The notes beneath the pieces are model-generated. The model saw nothing but the letters and a program-made list of their open reading frames with translations. It did not search any database and was not told the DNA's origin. A stretch of 64,000 nt of DNA from Octopus vulgaris (Eukaryota), in contig OX597820.1 in assembly GCA_951406725.2 (NCBI GenBank), forward strand, positions 104,408,001 to 104,472,000, read 5' to 3'. Position 1 is the first letter of the stretch; every line of letters starts with the position of its first letter. Both the position numbers and the translations under genes were made by a program. Shown one piece after another: positions 13,519 to 27,907 of this stretch.

Positions 13519-14204
13519 CCGCTTTAAATATATATATATGTATGTGTGTGAATTACTAATACGAGTTGTTTTACGTGTTTTTCTACATGTATACCGATGT
13601 AACTCATATTGGTAAAATGCCTATGTAATATGGATCAAATCGTCTCCAAATTTCCAGTTTTCTGTTTTAATATGTAATTATTCTGCAATAAATATCTCTC
13701 AGTATTTTACCGTATCACCCAATATTTTCGACTCTCATATAAATCATAACATCTACTAATATACTTTGGAGAACCGGAATGTGCCGATGTGCTTGATGGG
13801 GACACAAATTGGATTATAAATTTATCTATCTATCTTTCTGTCTGCCTGCCTGTCTATCTGTCTGTCTATTTACCTATATATATATATATAGGTTTGTTTG
13901 TGTATGCGTGCGTCCGTGCGTGTGCGTGTGTGGGTGATCACAAGTGTAACAACCTTGGATGTACTTTAGTCCTATTCATTGATGTCCTCAGAGAAGCATA
14001 TTCACACCTGGCGAGAGCTTTTTGTGCGAAAATAATTCACTAATTATGCAAATTTAAGTAATGGCATCGGAAAATTTGCTCTAAGTTCCCTGTCTATTAT
14101 AAACCATATATATATACAGATACGTAGATACATATACAAGTGTGTGTGTGTGTGCGTGTGTGTGTGTGCGTGTGTGTGCGTGCGTGTGTGTATGAATGTA
14201 TTTA

Positions 14205-14749
14205 TGAATGTTGGAAACACCACTTTTCATCTGCTCTAAAGAAGGCCAAGGTCGTTTCATTTGCGGTAATGGCCTCAGTTTTTTGGCATGTGTTTACTGA
14301 CTGTCTTCAAAAAGGCCAAACTATCAATGGAGAATGATGTGCCGACTAACTGAGGCAGTTACGAAAGACCAAACGCCCGGGAAAACTGTCGAAAGGTGTC
14401 TTGTTTCATCAGGACACAAATTCTTGGTTTCAATGGTTGCTGTACGTAACAGTAGATTTCACGCTCCCTATTCTCCTGACTTGGCTCCGTCTGACAACCA
14501 TCTGCTCTCTAACATGATAAAACACTTAACTGGTAAGCAGTGACACAGTGGTGATGACGTCATATCTGTTGTTGATGACGGTTTTGGTTAACAGGATGAG
14601 AGCTTCTTCACCAATGGGATCCAAGCACTGCAACACCGTTGCAAGAAGTGTGTGGGCCGCAAGGGGGGACTATGTTGGAAAATAAACCGCATTTCGTGAT
14701 ATTCTATGAGGATATCTTGGTCAGCATACGAATTTTTCAACCGACACTC

Positions 14750-14750
<1 letters not shown>
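14205..14750 (+). mobile_element. mariner (DD34D-type) transposase 3' fragment with right TIR
   Basis: VMASVFW, LQKGQTINGE, GVLFHQD, HAPYSPDLAPSD.HL, FFTNGIQALQHRCKKCV..GDYV; ends in TA of the microsatellite. Confidence 0.85.
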
Positions 14751-14780
<30 letters not shown>

Positions 14781-15079
14781 TGTATGTATGTATGTATGTA
14801 TGGGTGTATGTATGTATGCATGTGTGTGTATGTATGTATGTATGTAAGTATGTGTGCATGTATGTATGTATGCATGTATGTATACACATATGCAAATATA
14901 TATGTATATCTTTATGTATATATGTATGTACATATGTTTGTATATATATAAAATTCGATTAGAGGTTGTGTTAACCTCATGAAGGGATGGTTTTCAACTG
15001 AGGAAATACTGCTTCGGTAACTAGTATTTTGAGGGAATTGATTTCCTTTAAATAACTGGTATATACATACATACATACA

Positions 15080-15133
<54 letters not shown>

Positions 15134-15279
15134 TACATACATATATATATATACATACATACATGCATGCATACATACATACATACATACGTACGTACGT
15201 ACATACATACATACATACATACATACATACATACATACATACATACATACATACATACATACATACATACATACATACA

Positions 15280-15311
<32 letters not shown>

Positions 15312-15408
15312 CATATAAACATATAGTTAATATTCATATAAAAGAAGAAAAAGAAAATGGAGATTGGGAAGTTAATAATTGTTCATTATTAACAGCAAAT
15401 TAATCAGC

Positions 15409-15494
15409 TTCCCTTACAGCTGTTTCAATTAATATTCAGTAAATATTAAGTAAATATTAAATTTAAATGACCTGAGCATATCTTCAGAGGCGAA
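15409..15494 (-). ncRNA. Type I hammerhead ribozyme motif (Penelope-like)
   Basis: Minus strand: ttcgcct-CTGAAGA-[long imperfect stem II]-GAAAC-agct-GTA-agggaa. Stem I cct/agg, palindromic stem III loop, GUA cleavage triplet. Confidence 0.65.
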
Positions 15495-15649
15495 TAAATA
15501 TACCCTCGGATGTTTTATATGTATTTATGGATTCATTATAGCAGACTGAATAGTATAGCAGTTTGCTATAAGGAATCCATAAACATATAAATCATCCAAG
15601 AGTATATTTTTTTTCCTTTGAAGATATTATGCTCAGGTTATATACCTTA

Positions 15650-15992
15650 TATTTTTTAAGCCTGGTACCAATTCTATCGAAATCTTTAGCCGGACCGCTA
15701 AGTTACAGGGACGTAAACACACCAACACCGGTTGACAAGCGGTGGCGGGGTGTGGACAAACACAAAGACATACGCATAGATACATACAAACACACACACA
15801 CGCACACACACACACACATATATATATATACGACGGGCTTCTTTTAGTTTCCATCTTGCAAATCCACTCACAAAGCTTTGGTCGGCTGGAGGCTATAGTA
15901 GAAAACACTGGCCCAAGGTGCCACGCAGTGAGACTGAACCCGGAACCATGCGGCTGGGAAACTGGAAAGCGAGCTTCTTACCACACAGCCAC
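15650..15992 (-). mobile_element. SINE family C with internal (CA)n
   Basis: Reverse complement of the family C head/core (CTGCGTGGCACCTTGGGC..TGTGAGTGGATTTG) and tail (GGTGTTGGTGTGTTTACGTCCC). Confidence 0.85.
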
Positions 15993-16210
15993 ATTTATAT
16001 TTTCAATATATATCCATTATGTATACGCGCGCGCGCGCACACACACTCATGTATGAGAAGATAGGTACATGTGTGTATTTAGAGGGCGATATGGTAGGGA
16101 AGAAAGAAGGAAATGACGGAACTAGAGGAAGGAAAAGAAGACAGTGTTCTGTGGAGAAGAGAGAAAGAGAAAGCGATAAAGCGAAAGTATATATGTGTGT
16201 GTGTGTATAC

Positions 16211-16271
<61 letters not shown>

Positions 16272-16589
16272 AGGTGGAGTATGTGTGAGAGAGAGAGTGG
16301 GGGTAGAGAGAGAGAAAGAGAGAGTAGACTGAGTTTTGTGTGAAGAAGCATTTGACGAAGGACAATTTTTTTATAGCCGTCTCCGTTCCCTCATTCTGTT
16401 ACTGTAACTGAGAAACACTGACACGGCTGTGAGATCAAGGTAGAGACTCCGACGCATTCCATTGGCTTTGTATTTCGTTTGTATTCCACAGGGCTATAAT
16501 AGCTTTGCAAACAATCTTCCTTAAACCATAGAACAACAACAAGTTCAACAAAGCTATCAATATCATTACTAACAACAACAGCAACAACA

Positions 16590-16796
16590 ATGACAACAGC
16601 AAGATGAGCAACAATAGCTCAAGCAACAGTGTTAAGCGTAACCAAACAGAGCCGAAAAAAGAAGCAGGTTAAGCCAAGAATAGTAACTCAGTCAATATAT
16701 GACCGGAAATTCCCTAACATTCGTCATTTCAAATATGGCCGTTGCTTAGACTTCTCTCTATACATTCTCATACTTACCTTGATTTGCTCTAACAGA
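16590..16796 (+). CDS. Candidate first coding exon of an unidentified membrane/secreted protein (start codon ambiguous)
   Basis: Non-repetitive frame ending in a hydrophobic stretch ([15 protein letters not shown]) at a phase-0 donor AGA|gtatgt; Inr-like TCATTC near 16392. The only in-frame ATG (16590) is followed by TGA at 16605. Confidence 0.3.
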
Positions 16797-16904
16797 GTAT
16801 GTATGTGTTGGTATTACGGTATCTCATTCTAAATATTTCAGTTTGTTAAACAGCCATTTTAGTCTGTATTTACTCTTTCTTTTGATTATATATAGGGAGT
16901 TATA

Positions 16905-16990
<86 letters not shown>

Positions 16991-16993
16991 TAC

Positions 16994-17044
<51 letters not shown>

Positions 17045-17048
17045 TACA

Positions 17049-17126
<78 letters not shown>

Positions 17127-17128
<2 letters not shown>

Positions 17129-17750
17129 GGGTGCGTAAGATATTTGAAGACAGATTTTATGTTTATAAGAAACAAATATATAATAGCAGATAATAACTTT
17201 CTTTATGAAAAAATGCTATGAAGATAAAAAATAAACCTTCTTTTCTGTAATGTTATTCAATAAAGCCACCATCAGTTTCAACAACTGCTTCTATATGAGA
17301 TCTAAATCATCTACATGCTCGAATCAAGTGGTCTTGGTTAATTTTGGACATTAATATGACAATGGCAGCTTTCAAAGAATCTTTGATGTTATGGGCGCGT
17401 GTTCATTGACCTCTTTCTCAACAACGCTCCACATGTAATAGTCCAATGGATTGAGATCTAGGGAACTAGGAGGTCAAGTGTTAAAAGTTATGGGATCATG
17501 AAAATTTCCAGCCATTCATCTCTGTGTTACTAGAGCCACGTGTGATAGTGCAGACTCTTACTAAAACACATATGACCTTCCATTGCATACACTGTCTATC
17601 CAGGGCTTAACAATTGTTTCCAGGACCTCCATGTAGGCAGCAGAGTTAACTCTAAGGCCTTGTGGAAAGAAGCAAGGAGGCGTCACATGACGTTCATTGC
17701 TGACAACCTCTAAAACCATGACAGTTGCAGGAAATGTTGTATGCATAAGT
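17127..17750 (-). mobile_element. Tc1/mariner-superfamily (DD37D/maT-like) transposase 3' fragment with TIR
   Basis: TVMVLEVVSNE..PPCFFPQGLRVNSAAYMEVLETIVKPWI, PPSSLDLNPLDYYMWSVVE; terminus TA|CAGGGTG at 17127. Confidence 0.8.
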
Positions 17751-18024
17751 TATTAGGAGTTATATGTCGTGCGTAAAGCAGAAGCTGATTTATTTAGTTT
17801 CGTAATAAAACACTTTACGCACAAAATGACAGCTTCCAAATCCTGTTTTCTGACTAAGTGAAAATTATCAAACTTTAAACCTTTATAACTTTTTTTTTTT
17901 TAAATTCTGGAAAAAGTGAAATACCTCCAGAGATTCAACTTGGAATACTACATTAATGTACCAAATTAAAAAATTTTCAATAAACTTTGAAATTTCGAAA
18001 ATTGGCAGCCAAGCTGAAAAGATC

Positions 18025-18426
18025 TCTTTTACTCTTTTACTTGTTTCAGTCATATGACTGTGGCCATGCTGGAGCACCACCTTTAGTCGAGCAAATCAAC
18101 CCCAACTTATTCTTTGTAAGCCTAGTGCTTATTCTATCGGTCTCTTTTTTGTCGAAGCGCTAAGTTACGGGGACGTAAACACACCAGCATCGATTGTCAA
18201 GCGATGTTGGGGGGGGGGCAGGGACAAACACACACAAACACACATATATACATATACATATATACGACAGGCTTCTTTCAGTTTCCGTCTACCAAATCCA
18301 CTCACAAGGCTTTGGTCGGCCCGAGGCTATAGTAGAAGACACTTGCCCAAGGTGCCACGCAGTGGGACCGAACCCGGAACCATGTGGTTGGTAAGCAAGC
18401 TACTTACCACGCAGCCACTCATGCGC
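18025..18426 (-). mobile_element. SINE family C, full length
   Basis: Head GAGTGGCTGCGTGGTAAG, B-box GGTTCGGTCCC, CORE-like GGCACCTTGGGCAAGTGTCTT, tail GGTGCTCCAGCATGGCCACAGTC..GACTGAAACAAGTAAAAGAG. Confidence 0.9.
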
Positions 18427-18502
18427 TTATGATCGATGAAATTAAATAAATCTAACTCTTAGGCATCACTCACCGTCTTTCAACGGAAGAGAAACTGCGT
18501 TA

Positions 18503-18539
<37 letters not shown>

Positions 18540-19557
18540 TGTGTGTGTGTGTGTGCGCGCGCGTGTGCGTGCGTGTATCTTTCTTAGCTACACCAAAACC
18601 AAAAAATTAATCACAAATATACCTATGTTAAACTGTGAATCTATATCTCAGTATCAGCTGCTTAATCATAGTTATATATATATTATACGTTATCGTTAAT
18701 TTTATCTTGATATAATGAAATGTTATGACCATAGATACATACATACATACATACATACATACACAGACTGACAGTCAGACGGGCAGACAGACAAATAGAT
18801 AGATAGATGGATAGATAGACAGATAGATAGATCTGCAGGCACACACACGCACACACACAGACACACGCACACGCACACATTTATACATATAATCAGGTAA
18901 TGCATTGGCTTTTGGTGGGATTTTTTTGTATCTTTGAGTCACTGAAACATTATCTGTCTGCCTTTCCATATCGCTGTATTTATCACCTGAAGAGTAACGA
19001 AAATACGTAACATTAGAGGTATTCATAAGATAAATACTTGATGACAATTAACCCTAGTCTTTAACAAATAATTCGCCTTTACTTTTATGTATATATGGTG
19101 AGTGGTGTGTGTGTGTTTTTATTATTGTTTATTTATTTTTACTTTTTCTTCATTCTCGAGGAAGGAGGTGTATCAGTTACCTTCGGAGGCTCTTCCAGAA
19201 CAATGAGGTCGACGCAATTGATATTCCCCTTGGATAGTTATAAACTGCGGGTGCAAGAACCCCCACTCTAAAATACATGAGTAGAGACGGAATTCCAAGG
19301 ATACGACGTTCTGGAAGAGGAAATTCTGGAGCTTAAGGGTTAGTTTGGGTCTTGCAGGTAAAGTACAGTATGAGTAACGAGAATTGGCGACCCGAGTGAG
19401 ACGAGATAGTCTCATTGGGAGATTGCACGATGGCAGCCATCTCCGAAATTACTGGCGTTACTGTATAAAAGTCACAGAAAGAGCAGGTCTTGTAGGTCGG
19501 AACTTTGCAGCATGTCGGTAAAAGACTTCATGCTTATTAGCTGAGTGTATGTATATG

Positions 19558-19648
<91 letters not shown>

Positions 19649-19868
19649 ATGTATAATTGATGAAGGAAACGGAAAGTAGATTTAGCACTAGTCTTTTTTC
19701 AGTACGACGAACGTTTCGACCCATCCTGCAGCTGTCTGTTATGGGGAAATATACCCCAAACGTGGATGACACCAGGTAGCCCAAACTGTGGACGTGCTTT
19801 ACTCAACACACTAACTGATATATACCCATTACCCATTAGTCCCCAAAAATTACACACACCTATACACG

Positions 19869-19911
<43 letters not shown>

Positions 19912-20124
19912 TACTCGGAATAATTATCTGTAAAATTTTCATAATGAAATATGGTACGGTAAATTTTACAATACATTCTTTTCCACTCTCGTAATCGCAA
20001 TTTTTGCCATTCTTAGTAGACTTATGTATGTGTATATGATATGCATACATATAGACGTACAAACATACACGCGTACACATAATGTATGTTTTTTTTTAAA
20101 TTTTGTTTTTTTACATTTCCACAG

Positions 20125-20305
20125 CCGCCTCATTTCGACGAAATATCTCCAGTGTTGGATACTGACGTTTCGAATATAGCCACAAATGCAGAGCTATTAC
20201 ATGTTAGCAATCCCATCCACGAAATACCTTCGTATTACTTTCTCTCGGATGTGCCAGACCCGGAGGATGAAGTTTTTCCTTCTACTGAAGATTACAACAA
20301 TTTAG
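20125..20305 (+). CDS. Candidate internal coding exon (acidic, 60 codons)
   Basis: Strong polypyrimidine tract + ccacag acceptor, TTAG|gtaagt donor, open frame PPHFDEISPVLDTDVSNIATNAELLHVSNPIHEIPSYYFLSDVPDPEDEVFPSTEDYNNL; phase 0 matches the donor at 16797. No family recognised. Confidence 0.6.
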
Positions 20306-20907
20306 GTAAGTTCATATTCTTATACTTAAACGAAGGTCTAAAATTGGCATTTACAGTTGAGGGCAAGCATAGACGTTTTATGTAATCTACGTCACTACTT
20401 CACAGAACTAGGTTTTGGGATCTCACTATTAGTGTACCTATACAAACTCATATAAGCTTGAATGCTGGAACGATGAAATCCAGACTGAACTACACCACAC
20501 TTGGTATATTGTGTAGAGCCATTTTTTTACCTCCGGATTCTTCTGATTATTATTTTACTCTGGTGGACCTCCATGGCCATTCGTTGTCTAAAAACTAGTT
20601 TTATAGATATTTCTTTCGAAATCCCTATTTTGCTTTTCATGCATTAACTTGGGCAGTTTGTGTAGGTTGTAAAACATTAAAGAAATCTTGCTGTTTCTTG
20701 CAATAAGTTCATCGAAAGCAAATTGTTTTTCGTGGACCCTTAATATACTTCTCTGAGTCCCCAATTTACTATTTTGCTTGCGTGGATCCCTAAAAATCTT
20801 GTATGAACACCACAGGGATCATATGGACCCCCGGTGAGAACCACTGGTGGAGGGCATATAATGGCAGTGTGAATATATTTTGTTTCGTTGTGACAGAACG
20901 TGTGTTG

Positions 20908-21448
20908 CTTGTTTCTTCTCGAGCCACGCCTGGCTCATAAGGGCCGGTTTTCCGATTTCCTTGGCGTATAGGTTCCTCACCTGGACGGGACGCTTGTCCG
21001 TCGCAGATGCGCTGCAAGATGAAGGAGGAAAGAGTGAGAGAAAGTTGTGGCGAAAGAGTCAGCAGAAGTTCGCCATTACCTTCTGCCGGAGCCGCGTGGA
21101 GCTTAGGTGTTTCGCTCATAAACACACACACCGCCCGGTTTGAGATTCGAACCCGCGATCCCTCGACCACGAGTCCGCTGCTCCTAACCACTAGGCCATG
21201 TGCCTCCACAAAAAATAAATGCGCCCTTTTAAAGCCTAGCCAGGCTCATGGGCCCGGTTTCCCAGTTTGAATGGATGGGACGCCAGTCCATCGCAGCGTT
21301 ACTCATTTTTGCCAGCTGAGTGGACTGGAGCAACGTGAAATGAAGTGTTTTGCTCAAGAACACAACGCGTCGCCCGGTCCAGGAATCGAAACCACAATCT
21401 TACGATCATGATGCTAACACCCTAACCACTAAGCCACGCGCCTCCACA
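20908..21448 (-). mobile_element. Two adjacent tRNA-derived SINEs (family B, V-domain-like)
   Basis: Heads GTGGAGGC(A/G)C(A/G)TGGC(C/T)TAGTGGTTAG with B-box, and the central CTGCGA(C/T)GGAC..GCGTCCC(G/A)TCCA motif resembling the V-SINE domain. Confidence 0.85.
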
Positions 21449-21918
21449 CATAGAACGTGTGTGTCGTGTACTGTTGTTAATGTAGTGTTTTGAGTACATA
21501 GTGCGGAATGTTGTCTGGAAGTTTGGTTATGTTGTGTTTGGGTAATGTGTAGTGTGACAGCCTGTTCATGTCGTCTTCAGATTGTGTAAGTTGCCATGTG
21601 ACACTAGGGACATATTTTGTGAGGTGCAGTGTGATAGTAATAAAGCTGTATTACAGCCAATTTGTTACCAAGGTCATTTCCCCTTCTGTAGTATTCTTGT
21701 AAAAATATGACATTCCCACGATCTGAAGGAAAAAATAAAACACAAATAAAATTCACATCTCTTAATCGTTTCGTTCAATAAAACTGTGGAAAAAAGTTTG
21801 TAAATTTTTTCTCACAACGAGAGCATCTTTACAGTAAAATGGCTTTTAATGTTTTGACTTATTTTGAAAGTTATAGAAAATGTTTTCATGTGCGCGGGTG
21901 CTTGTGTATTACACACAC

Positions 21919-21971
<53 letters not shown>

Positions 21972-22196
21972 CCTACACGTATATACATATACATACCGGC
22001 ATACATACATAATTGTAGGTGTATGTATATATATACATACGTATGTGTGTGTGAGTATATATATATATATACATGCATACATACATACACACATACATAC
22101 ATACACACATACATATATGCCTACACACATACGTATATAGATAGATACCTGCATGCATGCATACATACATACATACGTACGTACGCATATACGCAA

Positions 22197-22237
<41 letters not shown>

Positions 22238-23239
22238 TGTGAGAAAGAGTACTCAATGCATATTTTCGGAAGCATCTTATAATTCATTCTGTTTTATGCT
22301 TCTAGTTTATCCTTAAGTGCGTAAGCTCTGGTGACATAAATAGAAACAAGGAGTACTTGGTGTAGGCTAAAAGAAATAATTGTTAGACAGATTTCCATCA
22401 GTGGCCAGTGGTCAAGTGTGACGATAGAGCGTACTCTAGTGAGAGTATTCTTCGCTGCCAGTATCTCTGTGCTCTGTTTCCTATGGTGGAGAAAACTATT
22501 TCGTGGAGCCTGTCTAATGAACCTTGACTGAGAACTCAAGTTCAGATAATTTTATTTAAGGATTTGAGTGTCAGACATGGAACTCTCCGGATGGCAATAA
22601 TGTGCAACATTTTTCTCCAATGGTGTACAGTGTCTTCCATGCATAATGCTTCAGGTTTGAGAAACGATTTCGAATCTATTGTCTCTCAACTTTCAGACAT
22701 ATTGAGATTACTGAATTAATTGTCTATGGATGTAAATGAGTGTTCGTGCAGGTTGTATCTGATTTTATAAGTGTTCTTTAATCCAGCATAATATATTTCA
22801 ATATCAACATGCTTTATACATTACGTCCTTGGAGAAGTAACATTTTATGCAATCTAGTTGTTCTGTCCAATCGTGATTGGATAGAAAATTGTTCTTATTT
22901 GCACTCTTAGGAGTACTATGGGACGTACGTTCCAAGTGGTATACTATTTTTAGCTGGGAAACTAGGATTTTGCTGCTGTGTGTTTTATGTTGTAGGTAAT
23001 GAGAGTGATTTTTATTGGAGTAGATTTTAATGCCGTTCTCTGACGGTGTTTGGTGCTATCATTTTCGTATGTTATTATGCTAGCGATTATAGGAATATAT
23101 GTTTGGAATGGTTTATTTGACCGTGAAAGAGTTGTGGTAGGGGGTTGGTGCTGTGTCAGCTTGTTACCTTCAAATGTTTATTAAGCTGATAAGGCTGGCT
23201 TCAAGGTTTTCCAGATTCTCAATTTACATTGATTTTAAA

Positions 23240-23915
<676 letters not shown>

Positions 23916-25072
23916 GAAAAGATTACTATTAGGTATTATCAGTATGTTCTTATGATAACCAAATTACTAAATGATTTCATGCCAGAGATAGAGATCCAAA
24001 GCCAGCAATCATTTGAAACGGCTGAATGGAATAGTATGGTTTATTTCTAGACAACTATGTGTATGTGTAAAAGACAGAGTAGGTAGAGAGCGTGTGTTTA
24101 AAATTGAGGCTTAATTTGTAAATCTCAAGTTGATTTAGTTAGTACTTCACCATAACCATACGCATTAGGTAATTGGGTGCAGGTTGAAGTCGAAGAGAGG
24201 TTTCATCCCATATCTAATCCAATCGTTGTCGTATGGGTCGAGGTGGTTAAAGGAATGTGTTAGGTAGAGTATAGTGTTGATCTTGGTCGTAGTAGCTGCT
24301 GCTGTAGTTTGTGGTGCTAGTGGCAGCTTATTGGTGATACTGAAGGCGAGGTCTTGCGAGGAATATATGAAATGTATCGGTTCCTGGGAAATGTATGGGC
24401 CTAAAACTTGGAAAGAAGAAAAGAGAGGAATGAATGACTGAAGAGGTGGGAGAAAGAGAAAAGAAAAGGAGAAAATGAGAAACAAGTAAGAATGGAATGA
24501 GGAAAAGAAAGAAAATGAGAGAAAACGACAATAAGAAAACAGAAAGAAAAAGTAAATAGCAGAAGGAAAGAAGGAATGTAGATTAGGAAGGGAAGTGGAC
24601 TTCGGTAGAGGGCATGAGAACAACTTGATAAAATCAGTGCTCAGAGTGAGTTAAGGTAGCGAAGGTGGTGGAAATACTGGTGTTGGTTATAATGATTTAT
24701 GCATTGTTGGTGAGTTGGAGAAAAGCAGACGATAATCGGGAAGGTAGAGAGTGATAGGAAGAGGGTAGAGGGAGAGTGTGTTTGAGAGAGAGAGAAAGAG
24801 AGAATGAATTTGTGAAAGGGAGTGATTTTGTGAGAGAGAGAGAGAGAGAGAGAGTGAACAAGAAAGGGAGAGCGAGTTTATAAAGGAGATAAGAGAGAGA
24901 ATTTGTAAAAGAGAAAGAGAGAGAGAGAGAGGGGGGTAAATACCTTTGTAGATTGGGAGAAAGGGAACTTAGTGGAGAAATAGATTAGGAAGACAGACAT
25001 ATGGAGATATATAGATAGATATAATGGTATGAAGGTGCTGCATAGACATGTCATCAATAGATAGATACATAA

Positions 25073-25191
<119 letters not shown>

Positions 25192-25690
25192 TAGACAAGG
25201 TGATGACAGAATATTGAAATAAGGAGGGAAGAGGAAAAGCAAATTAAAAGTCAGAGAAAGAAGGAAAGGCGGGAGGAGGGAGAAATTTTAGAAAGAGAAA
25301 GAAAGTGGGAGAAAGAGACGAAGGCAGTGAAACAGGTACACACACACATACACACACATGCACCCACGGACGCACGCACGCGGTTTTAGAGACAGACAAA
25401 ATAGACAAACATTAGAGGTCGTCTGAACCAACAAACGCAGTAAATTTTCTCCGATGACACAAACGACATTTTATACCGGAACCAGAAGCAAACCGGACAA
25501 CCCGACTCTGGTTGCTTCTCATTACATATAAAGTGACTCCCCTGGATACGCGGACTCGTATACACTGAACCCTTATGGCTGTTACCAATAACAGAGGGTG
25601 TTAACGTGGGCAACCAGAGATGAACTGGGATCACTTCTTTCCGCTATCCACTTACCCCCTATGAAAACAGTTTCGGGCCTAGACAAGTGA

Positions 25691-25732
<42 letters not shown>

Positions 25733-26145
25733 CGAAAAAAATAACGGAAACTGGTCAAGATGAGAGCTGGTAAGTACCCATGTGTCGTGAGATTTTTTGT
25801 TGATTGCATTGTCTTGTATTTATTTGTATCATGTACCTGGGGTTTAGTGTTGGTATCGTTCTTGGTTCTAATACAAGCTACTCTACAGGTCAATAAAGTG
25901 AAGAGGGCCTAGGGAACACCCAGGTGTTATTATTCTGCATGTTTAAAATTTTTTTTTAATGGTTTACATCTTTGTTGAAGTTAATGGAGAATATGAAGAA
26001 GACATTATCTTTTATCTGGTATATATTCTATCGCTCTCATTTGTGAAACCTCTAGATTACGTGGACGTAAACAAACCAACACCGGTTGGCAAGCGTCGTT
26101 GGGGACAAAAACAAAGACAAATTCACTTATATACATAAATACATA

Positions 26146-26190
<45 letters not shown>

Positions 26191-27231
26191 TCACACACAC
26201 GTATACATACATACATACATAATTCATACATGTATGTATGTATGTATGTATGTATGTATGTATGCATGTATGCATGTATGTATGTATGTATGCATGTATG
26301 TATATATAGGCAAATCGAAAATAAAAATAAAAACAAACCAACAAAAGTCAAAAAGACGTACACAGTGAATGTATTAGGTTAATGCTCACTTTAAGATAGA
26401 AAAAGCGGAGGGAGTTGTATAACGTTTCGAGCAAGGCTCGTCGTCAGAAAGAAGAGAGAGGAAAGGTCCGCAGTAAAAGGAAAGAATAGTCAGAGAAAAA
26501 CACTTGTGGTTACTAGGGTGTTTTTTCAGTGTCCATCTAGGAAACCCACTCATAAGGCTTTGGTCGGTCCGGGTTTACAGTAGAAAACACTTGCACGAGA
26601 TGTCACGCAGTGGGACTGAACCCTGAACTAAGTTCTTACCACACAGTTACGCATGAGCATGTTTTTGTCGACATTCTATCGTGTGAGAGGCTACGATGGA
26701 GATACGTCTAAATTTTTGTCTTATATGATTTTCTTGTTTGATATTTACTGGAATTCTCCACAAATATCGTTGTGTAAAGCTAATTAAAGAGTAGGAAAAA
26801 AATCAGCTTTAAGTACCTAATTTGAGCCTGAGGGATTACCAGGCTCTCTGTAGTGGAACCGGTGGTCCATCAGGTCATGGATAAAGAAGATCATGTGTGA
26901 AGAAGAAGAAGGAAAAGAGTTGCAATTTCTCACGAGGCCAGTGTGAGAAATTAACTGTTTTGACTCCACTGAACATATGTTGACAGTTTTTTGTGTTGTT
27001 TCATTAAGGTGTATGGCGCCACCCGTTTTGGTGGGAAAAGATTTTGGTATGATTTCATGAGAAATGATTTTAAATGTTGTTGTTGCTGGTGCTGTTGTGT
27101 TCAGCTACAGATCAGCCCTGATCGAACAGATTTATAAGCACAGTCATTATGTCTGTCGAGTCAGCCAGCTGGCAGAATCGTGATCACGCCGGGCGAAATG
27201 CTTAGCTGTATTTCGTCTGCCCTGTCCTGTA

Positions 27232-27545
27232 GGCCTCTTCTGAATATTTTAGCTCCAAGCCTGCGCTGGACATTTTAATCTCTCACAAAGCCCTTTTTGA
27301 ATACTTTAGCTTCCCCAAATATTTTCTGGATATTTTAGCACCTCTAAGCACTTTCTGAATATTTTAGTTCCTGTAAACCTCTTATGAACATTTTAGCTGC
27401 CCCATCTTTTGTCACCAGCATAAAAGAACATCTTTTGTCACCAGCATAAAAGAACAGCAAACAATAACAAGTTATTTTTTATGTTGGTGAGAGGTTTCAA
27501 AATGTCCAGAAAATGCTTGGAGAAAGCTGAAATTGTGCAGAAATT
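27232..27545. repeat. ~30-bp minisatellite with inverted copies
   Basis: Six diverged units (ctgRatattttagc core), a 26-bp direct repeat catcttttgtcaccagcataaaagaa x2, then reverse-complement units to ~27545. Confidence 0.7.
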
Positions 27546-27907
27546 TTAAATTACTCTCGGGGCTATTTCTGAATATCTGATTTGTAATGTGTTTTGCTTG
27601 TATGTCATTTTTAGTGCATCATAAATGGGTTTTTCTAACAACTTTATCGTCCAATCTAAATATGTATTTATTACCAACACCCAGAATGAAACGATCTCAT
27701 AAATTCGTTACAGTATTCATATATACAGCTAACACATATCTATGTAACTAACGGTGCTTAAATTTCTATCATATGGTAATTTCTATCATATGAAACAAAT
27801 CTAATGTACATTTCTTTAAAATAATATTACCTGTTTCGTCTAAAATACCAAATAGCACCGTCTTCCATTGTCTTTCACCGTGGAGACGCTTTGTTATAGT
27901 ATGTTAT

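Noticed and set aside
18989-19012. CTGAAGA-gtaac-GAAA hammerhead-like string
   Set aside because: Stem II is one base pair, there is no correctly placed UH and no stem I; a likely chance match.
21480-23200. Possible highly decayed Penelope RT/GIY-YIG on the minus strand
   Set aside because: Only faint motif hints (FLHH..EILAA); I could not reconstruct a diagnostic frame by eye. Needs a translated search.
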